From a virus: a DNA stretch of 64,000 nucleotides. Position 1 is the first letter of the stretch, and each line of letters opens with the position of its first letter. The stretch spans positions 116,935-180,934 of the IMG/VR virus record IMGVR_UViG_3300008448_000004; one strand, given 5' to 3'. Positions 19,663-27,846 of the stretch are shown here, one piece after another. The notes beneath the pieces were generated by a model. That model made no database searches and was not told where the DNA came from. It was given only the letters and a program-made list of their open reading frames with translations. Made by a program: the position numbers and the translations under genes.

Positions 19663-19675
19663 GTTAGAAAGTGAC

Positions 19676-19704
19676 AATAAAAAAGCCGGCTTTTTGAGCC
19701 GGCT
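19676..19704 (-). terminator. Intrinsic terminator after the major capsid gene
   Basis: 8-bp stem AGCCGGCT/AGCCGGCT, 5-nt loop, minus-strand T-tract; 24 nt after the MCP stop. Confidence 0.8.
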
Positions 19705-19727
19705 CTTTATATTTGGTTAACAATCTA

Positions 19728-21428
19728 TTAAAGAGTGTTAAGGTCGGTGACGTACACCTTAGCGTAGAATTCAGGACGAACCATTTTCTTAGCGTAGCGA
19801 GTCATTAAACCTTTTCTTGGTGTAAAGGTCTCAGGATCGTACACTAGAGGTGTCATGATCAACGGTACATAAGGAGCATATACAGCACCAGTCTCAAGGA
19901 ATTGAGAACCACGTAGACCAAGAAGGATTAAGTTCTCAGTTAAGTAAGGGTTCTTATAAACCTTATAACGGCTGTTTAATTGACCAACCTTCTGTACGCC
20001 GAATGCATACTTCATAGACTCAGTCTCACCGTTTACATCAGCTGCAAATCCAGGAATAGATTCAAGGATTGTAGAGATAGCAGGAGAAACCATCATGAAG
20101 TTAGCACCACCGCGTAGAGTTCTTTGGTGAATTACGTTAGAAAGCTTTTGAAGCTTAGTTCCAAGTGTCTGGAACCACTCACCCTGGGTGTTGTAGAAAC
20201 CACCAGCACCAGCTGCTACGATATTGTAGCTGAAGGTACCATCAGCGCCTGCAGTCCAGAATTTGTTAGCTACAGCAGACCATACTTCAGTTCCAGCAGA
20301 TGCATTCTGAATAAGCATATCTAGGATCTCAAGATCGATCTCAAGAGCGATATACTCACCTAACATAGAAGTTAGTTCAGCTTCAGCATCGATGTTCTGG
20401 AATTTCTCAAGGTCTTGAGCTAATTCCGGAGTCCATTCTGCTTTTAACTTACGAGTCTTAGCAACGATACCTTCAGATTCCATTTGAATCTTAATCTCAG
20501 GGATTACGATATCAGATGTAGAAGCAGCGTTTGGTACAGAGAAGTTAGCAGAAGCAGGAGTGTCTTCGAAGTCACCACGCTTGTTAAAGTCGGTTTGCTT
20601 AGTGTAGTAAACTACATAATTACCGGTAGCAGCAGTTGCTTCAGCAGTAGAAGCAGAAACGAAGAATAGGACGTTACCGCCGCTAAGTCTTGTAAATGCT
20701 TGTAGGTTGTCAGCAGACTCGATTGAACCAGAGTTAATGATAAAGCCTCTTACTGCATTAACGTCGAAATCAGTTAATGAAGAAGTAGGGATAGCAATCT
20801 TCTTAACAAGAGTAAGAGCTGAATCGCTACCACCTTGGATTGAAGAAGAGAAAGCTGTATCGTAGTTCACATCAGAGAAAGAAGCAGAAGCTACAGAAAC
20901 ACCAGAAGCGTTATAAGCTACAGATGCAGAGAATTGGTTAATTGAATAACCAAAACGACCAGCGCCATAAAGACCACCTTGAGCAAGGTTGCCGAAGTTA
21001 GTAGAATCAGTACCGAAAAGTGACTGACCGCTAACGAAAGGAGTCTTGTTGTTTGAATACTGGAAGTTTAAGTAGAAGATAAGACCGGCAGGTAGATTCA
21101 TAGGCTGAACGGAAACGAATTCCTTAGCAGCGATCATACCGAACACCTTTCTTACAAGAGGAAGAGCGATACCAGCCCACTGCTCACCTACACCAGTTGT
21201 GAAGGTTGCACCGCTTGTGCTGTTACCACCAGAGAAGTTAGAAGCAGACTCGACTACAAGTCTTTTAGCCTGATTCTCAAGCATTACTGCCATGTTTGTT
21301 TTGTCATAGCCATCTAGACCTTCTAGAAGACCAGACTTAGCCCACTTACCAGCAAGCTTCTTAGCAACAGATTGCTGCTGCTCAAAGCCGTTTGATGTGG
21401 ATTCTAAAAGAGAGTTAATAGTACTCAT
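19728..21428 (-). CDS. gp23: Major capsid protein (T4 gp23-like)
   Basis: KW.KSGLLEGL, LENQA, LPLVRKVF, VSVQPMNLPAGLIFYL, AKTRKLKAEWTPELAQDL, AVYAPYVPL, TFTPRKGLMTRY. Confidence 0.97.
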   Translation of the reverse strand: MSTINSLLESTSNGFEQQQSVAKKLAGKWAKSGLLEGLDGYDKTNMAVMLENQAKRLVVESASNFSGGNSTSGATFTTGVGEQWAGIALPLVRKVFGMIAAKEFVSVQPMNLPAGLIFYLNFQYSNNKTPFVSGQSLFGTDSTNFGNLAQGGLYGAGRFGYSINQFSASVAYNASGVSVASASFSDVNYDTAFSSSIQGGSDSALTLVKKIAIPTSSLTDFDVNAVRGFIINSGSIESADNLQAFTRLSGGNVLFFVSASTAEATAATGNYVVYYTKQTDFNKRGDFEDTPASANFSVPNAASTSDIVIPEIKIQMESEGIVAKTRKLKAEWTPELAQDLEKFQNIDAEAELTSMLGEYIALEIDLEILDMLIQNASAGTEVWSAVANKFWTAGADGTFSYNIVAAGAGGFYNTQGEWFQTLGTKLQKLSNVIHQRTLRGGANFMMVSPAISTILESIPGFAADVNGETESMKYAFGVQKVGQLNSRYKVYKNPYLTENLILLGLRGSQFLETGAVYAPYVPLIMTPLVYDPETFTPRKGLMTRYAKKMVRPEFYAKVYVTDLNTL

Positions 21429-21452
21429 TTGTTATTCTTTTTTTAAGTTTGA

Positions 21453-22601
21453 TTACTTGGTTTTTTTAATCCCAGCGAGAACTTGCCAACGGTTAACGAT
21501 GTCATTTTGTTCTACGATAGGTTGTGCTTTAGCAACCATTCCAGCAGGCTTAGAAGCAAATCCTACTGATTCTTTGATAGATTTTTTAGCTACATTGGTT
21601 GTAGCGATAGAATCTTGTAATGTTTCGTAAATCTTTTTAGCTTCTTTTACGTTTTCAGCACGATCAAAAGCATTGATAACTTTTAACTTCTGTGCTTCGC
21701 TTAAGGATTTAGCTTTGAAAATTTTATTTACATAAAGCAATTTAGCATTCAATAGGTTTACTTCGTTCAATTCAGTACGAAGTGTGTTTATTGTTTTAAC
21801 TGCTTCTTGTAAATCGTGTTTCATTTTCTTAACTTCTTCCATAGCTTTTTCTTCTTCTCCGTGTTTAGCTTCCATCTTAGGATCTTCTTCCTTGTCAGCT
21901 TCTTCTAGAGAGGCAAGAATTTCATCGAGAGTAATCTCGTCAACAGAATCATCGTGTACTTCAGCTGCTAAATCAACTTCGCCTTCGCCACCAGCTTCTT
22001 CGCCAGCGCCAGCTTCAGGTTCAAGAGCACCAGCATCATCTGCAGGAGCACCGCCCATTTGAATGTCAGAAAGTACGTCTCTGATAATGTCTTTAAGTTC
22101 ATCGACTGTTAGCTCGGTTACTTCTTCTCCACCTTCAACAGGGCCTTCTTCGCTTTCACCAGCTTCGTCATCTTCTTTTTCTTCTTTATCGTCAGCGTCG
22201 TCATCGTCGCCTTCTTTCTGAAGTTTTTTAGAATCGTCTTCAGCTTCAAGTTCAGCTAAAAGTTCGTCAAGAGTAACTTCGTCAACTTCACCCATATCAT
22301 CGCCTTCTTTCATGGGATCTTCGTCATGCTTAGCTTCCATCTTAGCGTCCTTTTTGTCATGTTTAGCTTCTCCCATGGCTTTTTCCTCTTCGTCATGCTT
22401 AGCTTCATCGACAGGCTTTTCTTCCTTGTCTTTTGCTTCGAATGCTAAAGATTCATCATCCATTTCAGATAGCTTTAACTTGATCATTTCTTGAACTCTA
22501 GGACCGAAAGTTTCTGCAATTTGCTCTTTGGCAAGTTCGTAAGCAGATTGGCGCAATGCTTTAGCGTCAGCAATAGCCTGCTTAATTAAATCGTTTTGCA
22601 T
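21453..22601 (-). CDS. Prohead scaffolding protein (start revised to MQNDLIKQAIADAK at 22601)
   Basis: Very acidic coiled coil; LNEVNLLNAKLLYVNKIFK and RWQVLAGI C-terminus; between protease and MCP. The track's upstream start runs through two hairpins. Confidence 0.8.
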   Translation of the reverse strand: MQNDLIKQAIADAKALRQSAYELAKEQIAETFGPRVQEMIKLKLSEMDDESLAFEAKDKEEKPVDEAKHDEEEKAMGEAKHDKKDAKMEAKHDEDPMKEGDDMGEVDEVTLDELLAELEAEDDSKKLQKEGDDDDADDKEEKEDDEAGESEEGPVEGGEEVTELTVDELKDIIRDVLSDIQMGGAPADDAGALEPEAGAGEEAGGEGEVDLAAEVHDDSVDEITLDEILASLEEADKEEDPKMEAKHGEEEKAMEEVKKMKHDLQEAVKTINTLRTELNEVNLLNAKLLYVNKIFKAKSLSEAQKLKVINAFDRAENVKEAKKIYETLQDSIATTNVAKKSIKESVGFASKPAGMVAKAQPIVEQNDIVNRWQVLAGIKKTK

Positions 22602-22618
22602 TTTTACTTTTTTTGGGA

Positions 22619-22679
22619 ATTGCTTATTAGAAGCAATATAAGAATTATAGGTATGTAATGCTACAATAGAGGGTAGCAT
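22619..22679 (-). promoter_or_regulatory. Two tandem hairpins in the scaffold 5' leader
   Basis: ATTGCTT/AAGCAAT (22619-22637) and ATGCTAC/GTAGCAT (22658-22679), between the late-type motif at 22691 and the ATG at 22601. Confidence 0.45.
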
Positions 22680-22690
22680 ATATTTGTACT

Positions 22691-22698
22691 AATAAATA
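22691..22698 (-). promoter_or_regulatory. Late-type motif TATTTATT before scaffold/MCP
   Basis: 89 nt upstream of the revised ATG, ahead of two hairpins. Confidence 0.55.
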
Positions 22699-22738
22699 TA
22701 CCTATTTAAAGGAAACAGTTAATTCTTACGAAACTTTT

Positions 22739-23365
22739 TTATCGTAAGCAACAAACACCTGTCTGTAGACATATAATATCTCCTAACAGACTATCTACTT
22801 TCTTATACTTGTTGAAATGATTGATCTCTGAGGGAGTATAAGATTCTTTTAATACTGGTGTCATGAAAGAGCCGTAGGTAGAAGGAGTTGAGACAAAATC
22901 CCAACATATTAATTCTAGGTCATCTTCTACTTGAACTAGGTTTTCATCAATAGCTGAGACTGAGCCCATGGCTCTAGAAGATATACCAACTTTAATTCCG
23001 TTTTGGAATAAGGTTCTTAATATGTTACCCGAAGGGGTAGGTAATACTTCAATCTTACCGTATAGATCGTCTCCATCCCACCATAAGTCTAATATGTTAT
23101 GAGATGCGTTCTTTAAGTTAACAACAGGAGATTCTGGGTGATCTAATTCACCGAGAGCTCTATTTTCTGCGATAGGCCCGCGAAGGTATTTCTCTACTTC
23201 TCTTTTTAAGGATGGACCGTAAACGCGTCTGTTTGCATTTGGCTTATTCATAGCCTGCATCTTACCCTGTACTATTAGATTAGCGTTAGGGTTTATTTTT
23301 GATTCAAACAGAGCTTGAGGGCTAGGTTGAAAAGGCAAATATTCTATTAAAAGTTGTTTTGACAT
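22739..23365 (-). CDS. gp21: Prohead maturation protease (T4 gp21-like)
   Basis: NANRRVY, ALGELDHP, NLKNASH, GISSRAMGSV, WDFVSTPST. Confidence 0.92.
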   Translation of the reverse strand: MSKQLLIEYLPFQPSPQALFESKINPNANLIVQGKMQAMNKPNANRRVYGPSLKREVEKYLRGPIAENRALGELDHPESPVVNLKNASHNILDLWWDGDDLYGKIEVLPTPSGNILRTLFQNGIKVGISSRAMGSVSAIDENLVQVEDDLELICWDFVSTPSTYGSFMTPVLKESYTPSEINHFNKYKKVDSLLGDIICLQTGVCCLR

Positions 23366-23366
23366 A

Positions 23367-24749
23367 TTAGCTTATGTTCTTCTTTATAAAAGATATACCT
23401 GCGTCTTTTAGTTTCTTCTCTAATTCAGGATCAGTAGTTTTTCTATACTCACGATCTTCCCCGGCGCTACCAATCGAGTACTTTAATGCTTCCTCAACGT
23501 GTTTCTTAATTATCTCTTTTACCATCTTACGCTTCTCTTCACTTAAGCCACCAGCCTGTGGCGAGTTTTGATTTACAGCTGCGATAAAATCTTGGTAGCT
23601 TTCAACCGGTTCGTCGTAAACTGTTATCGTATCATTATCGGTATCAATACGTATTGCTCCGTCTTGGTAGCTTAAGTCTAGGATAAGAGTACTATAGTTC
23701 TTACCAATAGCTGTTCCTCCTCTAATTCCTTTACCTGCTTTTTCAGCCCATCTTGCTACCTGATTAACTAATGGAAGTATACCTCTAGATTTAGCAAATT
23801 TTTTAATATTCTCGGGAACAGTAGCTTCTTGTACAGCATCTTCTTCCATTGATGTTGGTGCTGACATTTCGTCTCCCATGTTACCTGGGTGTAGATCAGC
23901 ATCATCGTCATTTAAGAATTGCTCATAGTCATCTAATACATCCCAGTTAGACAAGAGATGTCTAATAGCGATTTTACCTTTAGGTGATAAATCACCGTGT
24001 ACATCTGACCAGCCTACAATTGCATCTTCTAGATCGCTATACAGGTCACTATCTTTTCCCCATTCATCAGCTACCTTGTCCAGCATTTGCTGAACTTTAT
24101 TGAAGTCTTCTTTAATTCCTTTCTTAACCATATCTACAGCCATATCTTCAGAAGAATCGTATGGAGTTCCCATATATCCTTCCTTTAATTGTTGAACTCC
24201 TTCAGGCTTTCCTTTTTTAGCTTCAGACTTACTTAGAGAAGCTTGGACGTTTGCGTCTTCATCTTTCTTTAATTCCTTTTTAAGATAGCCGTCTGCTTTA
24301 GTTTTATTAGTAGTATCAGAAACATTACTCTCTTTGAATTCAATATCAGAAGCAGCCTCTTCTTTCTTAGGCTTCTCACCAGTTGCAATTAACTTGGTGT
24401 AAAATAAAGGATCTTTTTCTAGATTCTTAAGTGCTTTATTAGTTGCTTTATCAAGCTCTGCTTTGTTTAAAAAAGCAGAATTCCAATCTGGAGCTGCTTG
24501 GTAGGTTAATCCTAATTCGAAATTTACACCTTTTCTTAATTCTGCAGGCATAATTTCGTAAGCCTCTTTAAGAGGGTTTAAAGTTTCAGAGATAATTCCC
24601 TTGTTCTTTAACACTCTGACTGTGTCATCGAACGTCATTACGTTAGTAACAAGGTTTTTGAGTCGACGGTCTTTTCTAGCACGCTCCATGAACTGTGCTT
24701 TATTTATTTTACCGCCTCTATACTCTCTGTATGATTCTGATATAGTCAT
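23367..24749 (-). CDS. Putative internal head protein with multiple (L/I/V)-x-E sites
   Basis: Charged modular protein (LKE, IKE, VQE, LSE, VEE) with NLEKDPLFYT motif; next to the protease. Confidence 0.5.
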   Translation of the reverse strand: MTISESYREYRGGKINKAQFMERARKDRRLKNLVTNVMTFDDTVRVLKNKGIISETLNPLKEAYEIMPAELRKGVNFELGLTYQAAPDWNSAFLNKAELDKATNKALKNLEKDPLFYTKLIATGEKPKKEEAASDIEFKESNVSDTTNKTKADGYLKKELKKDEDANVQASLSKSEAKKGKPEGVQQLKEGYMGTPYDSSEDMAVDMVKKGIKEDFNKVQQMLDKVADEWGKDSDLYSDLEDAIVGWSDVHGDLSPKGKIAIRHLLSNWDVLDDYEQFLNDDDADLHPGNMGDEMSAPTSMEEDAVQEATVPENIKKFAKSRGILPLVNQVARWAEKAGKGIRGGTAIGKNYSTLILDLSYQDGAIRIDTDNDTITVYDEPVESYQDFIAAVNQNSPQAGGLSEEKRKMVKEIIKKHVEEALKYSIGSAGEDREYRKTTDPELEKKLKDAGISFIKKNIS

Positions 24750-24765
24750 TTCTGATCTGTTTAAT

Positions 24766-24773
24766 AATAAATA
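24766..24773 (-). promoter_or_regulatory. Late-type motif TATTTATT
   Basis: 16 nt upstream of ATG 24749. Confidence 0.5.
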
Positions 24774-24775
24774 TC

Positions 24776-24904
24776 TTATCGGCCTTGGCCTCTGTAGTTT
24801 TTCTCACGTCTATCATGTTTGTTGAAAGACTTTTGAGATTTACCTAACTTTCTTTTTCCGAACGTAACCTTGCGGCTATCTCCTTTGCCTGTTGATTTTG
24901 CCAT
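24776..24904 (-). CDS. Small highly basic protein, 42 aa, ending YRGQGR; absent from the ORF track
   Basis: ATG overlaps the upstream stop (TAATG); reads MAKSTGKGDSRKVTFGKRKLGKSQKSFNKHDRREKNYRGQGR*. Confidence 0.7.
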   Translation of the reverse strand: MAKSTGKGDSRKVTFGKRKLGKSQKSFNKHDRREKNYRGQGR

Positions 24905-26946
24905 TACTTAAACCTTTTTATATTTTTGTGTAATGCTGAAACCATTTCTTTAATCTGTGTTAAAGCTCTTTCTGTATGTACTTTGTATTTAAGTCCATCC
25001 TCTCCTTCAGATAGTTCTGTTTTGAGACGGCTTACGTATTCGTATAGTTTGTGAATCTCTTGAACTTTTCGCTTAACTGCTTTTACAGCTTGATGAAACT
25101 GCTCGGGTTTAGTTCGAGTTTTTGTTTCGGTTCTAAACTTAGAATAGTTTTCATTTAGATTTCCTCCATCTTTGAAAGCTTTATTCAGCATATCTATAAC
25201 ATTCTCTACTCCCCAAGATCCAAATTTTGATATTTGAAGAGCGTTTTTGAGCGATGTTGTTCCTGGTTCTCTAGTTCCTATTGCTACTCTAAAATCATTC
25301 AATCTAGGAGCTCCAGCAGCTTTATCATCTACCATAATCAAGTCCTTATCGCCTAATTTATAGATGTAAACTGTTCTCTTAGAACCGTATTTATTTACTT
25401 GTTGATCTTTATCTACAAGTTTAAAATTTAATCCTTTTTGAGCTGCGTAATCAGTGATCATAGCTTCTATATTCTTAACAGCCCATTGTTGTTTAGCTTC
25501 TTCTATGTTATTTTCGGGTAGCGGTTTTTTCTGCAGTACAAGATTGACAATCATCATTAAGCCGTCTGCTGTAATATGTCCTTGTCTGTAAGCAGACATT
25601 AACGTCTTTTTAACGTCTGGGGCTAGATTGGGATTATTGAGAGTAGCAATTACTTCATCGGTTCCTGCTGCTTCCATTAATTCATCTTCCCAGCCTTCAT
25701 CTTCTTCATCTTCTATTCTCTCTACATCACTAGAGTGCATACTATAAACTTCTCCGTCTCTATCCATTTCAACCTCAACAAAGCCGCGATGAATAGCAAC
25801 TATAGTTCCAGTTTCACCGTAGAATTCGTTTCCGTAGACTACTTTAACTCTATCATCTTCTTGAAATCCTTCTTCTAAGCCATGTGACTTGTGTCCGACG
25901 ATTTCATCCCAAGCATCTTGGTCTAGGGTTTTTTTCTGAACTACTCCGGCTACATTCTCCATCGTTGCTGCCCTTCTCTCGATTTCACCTTTATCCATAT
26001 ACGGATTAGTTTCTGGGCCCCATTCACCTTGACTTTTTAGTTTGCGTATGGCTTGATCAATCTTATTTAGCATGTCACCGTACTTATCAGCTACGGGACC
26101 GCCTTCTGGTTCTGCTTCTTGCTCCATATCTCTCTCAATCTCTGCTCTCTTTCTGAGCAGCATGGCAATCTTAGCTTGATTAGGATTTACTTTCCGTACT
26201 TGCGGTTTTGGAGCGTCTTTTTTAGCTCTTATTGCCATTAAGACAGGGTCGTTAATACCTGCTTCATCAATATGATGTCCTTTCCCCATACCTAAATCAA
26301 AAGCACCATCATACTTCCCAGGTTGTTTTTTAGAAGGAACTAAATCTGCTTTAACAGATAGATAAGGATACTTACCTTTATCGCCTAAAAACTTCCAATC
26401 TTTTGGATCACTAGACCCTCCGGTAGATATCCATCCGCTGTCTCCTTTATAGTCATATTTCACACCCGGTTTTAATTCACTTTCATCTAATGCCTCAGGA
26501 AAATGAGCTTGTCCTTCTTTTGTCCATTTCCAGTTTGGAAACTTCTTTAATACATCATGGATAGTATTAACTTGTAATTCGTTTGTTCTGTTTCCAGCTC
26601 CATCTATTACGTTAATAGAGAAAGTACCTGTTGAAGGTTCAAAGTAAATACTAGAGTCAGTCTTAGTGTCTGTACCGATGTGAATCTTACCAGCGGCTTC
26701 CCACAGCTCTCTATAGTCCATAGCTTTAGCTCCAGGATGAGTGCTATGTTTGAATTTAGCATTAAAAGGAGCTGAGGTGCTTTCTGTTTTTTTCTTCTTA
26801 AAAGCTTTAGGAGTAAAAGTCTGTTCACCAGGTCCGGTCATCGCAGTAGCTCCAGCAGTTGAATTACCGCCAGTAAAAGAAGTTTCTTTAATTATTTCAT
26901 GAATGGCCTTAAAAAGACCTTCCTTGGTAAGTTTAATTTTATTCAT
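24904..26946 (-). CDS. Mosaic putative internal head polyprotein including a KOW-like module
   Basis: Modules separated by LDE/IDE/LEE/LME/IEE/LNE; KOW-like DDRVKVVYGNEFYGETGTIVAI. Confidence 0.5.
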   Translation of the reverse strand: MNKIKLTKEGLFKAIHEIIKETSFTGGNSTAGATAMTGPGEQTFTPKAFKKKKTESTSAPFNAKFKHSTHPGAKAMDYRELWEAAGKIHIGTDTKTDSSIYFEPSTGTFSINVIDGAGNRTNELQVNTIHDVLKKFPNWKWTKEGQAHFPEALDESELKPGVKYDYKGDSGWISTGGSSDPKDWKFLGDKGKYPYLSVKADLVPSKKQPGKYDGAFDLGMGKGHHIDEAGINDPVLMAIRAKKDAPKPQVRKVNPNQAKIAMLLRKRAEIERDMEQEAEPEGGPVADKYGDMLNKIDQAIRKLKSQGEWGPETNPYMDKGEIERRAATMENVAGVVQKKTLDQDAWDEIVGHKSHGLEEGFQEDDRVKVVYGNEFYGETGTIVAIHRGFVEVEMDRDGEVYSMHSSDVERIEDEEDEGWEDELMEAAGTDEVIATLNNPNLAPDVKKTLMSAYRQGHITADGLMMIVNLVLQKKPLPENNIEEAKQQWAVKNIEAMITDYAAQKGLNFKLVDKDQQVNKYGSKRTVYIYKLGDKDLIMVDDKAAGAPRLNDFRVAIGTREPGTTSLKNALQISKFGSWGVENVIDMLNKAFKDGGNLNENYSKFRTETKTRTKPEQFHQAVKAVKRKVQEIHKLYEYVSRLKTELSEGEDGLKYKVHTERALTQIKEMVSALHKNIKRFK

Positions 26947-27818
26947 TACTTACTAACTGTGTTTTTAAGTTCTTTTACAAGCTCACAGTATTGCATCAAA
27001 CTAATCAAGTGATCATCTTTGATGTTCTGCTTGTTAGAAATAGGTTGTATATTTTTTAAAACTTCTTGAAGTTTAATAACGGTAACAGGATTCTCTACCT
27101 TACCGCTAAGACGGAGTAGAGTCTGCTTAACTTCTTCTATTTTATTATTTAAGTAAGCTTTTAGCTTAACCGTATCAGATATGTTGTTGATATACTCTTT
27201 CAGTATCTCTTTTTGATCGCTGGATAGAGTATTGTATTTTTCATTAAATTTCTCAACTAAGAACTTGTAGCTTAAAGCTTTAATTTCTTTTTCTTCACGG
27301 ATAAAATCTGTGATTGAAGGATCCTCTATATTTTTAACAGCGGGGGTTGTTACATGCTCAAATACAGTTAGTTTATTAACCATAAGCTGTTCTGTATCGA
27401 CCACTGTTTTAGCATTTGCTGCTTCAAGTATGGTGTAAATTGCTGCGGATACTTTGTAGTTGTTTATCTTAGCTTTGAAAAAGTCGTCTAAGTTGTAATG
27501 CTTCTTAACCTCTCGTATTAAGTTAAACTTTTCTTTCTCTAAAATTTCCTGATTTAACTTCTTGCTCTGCTCGCAGATAGTCGAAATTAGCATCTCTGCT
27601 TTAGTCTCTGATAAAGGGTAATTCTTAAGTAGAGTGTTATATAGATTTAATTCTTTTGAAAGCTCTGTATTTCTAAAATACTTCTTTAATATACTTACTG
27701 CTTTAGAATCTCTTGAAGACATCATGTCTGATGTTATCTGTCTTATTAAAAGCTCAAATAAAATACCAGTATTTCTATATTTCGAGTGCTTAATACGTTG
27801 TTGCATAATAGGTTTCAC
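26946..27818 (-). CDS. Conserved head-region hypothetical protein (possible prohead core)
   Basis: KHSKYRNTGILFELL...NYKVSAAIY...YKFLVEKFNEKY motifs; directly after portal. Confidence 0.55.
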   Translation of the reverse strand: MKPIMQQRIKHSKYRNTGILFELLIRQITSDMMSSRDSKAVSILKKYFRNTELSKELNLYNTLLKNYPLSETKAEMLISTICEQSKKLNQEILEKEKFNLIREVKKHYNLDDFFKAKINNYKVSAAIYTILEAANAKTVVDTEQLMVNKLTVFEHVTTPAVKNIEDPSITDFIREEKEIKALSYKFLVEKFNEKYNTLSSDQKEILKEYINNISDTVKLKAYLNNKIEEVKQTLLRLSGKVENPVTVIKLQEVLKNIQPISNKQNIKDDHLISLMQYCELVKELKNTVSK

Positions 27819-27831
27819 AGTATTAGTCTAT

Positions 27832-27839
27832 TATAAATA
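27832..27839 (-). promoter_or_regulatory. Late-type motif TATTTATA
   Basis: 13 nt upstream of ATG 27818. Confidence 0.55.
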
Positions 27840-27846
27840 TGTAGGT

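Noticed and set aside
22602-22679. Track's upstream start for the scaffold (MLPSIV...)
   Set aside because: The extension is non-acidic and covers two hairpins; the ATG at 22601 has the A-rich context typical of this genome.
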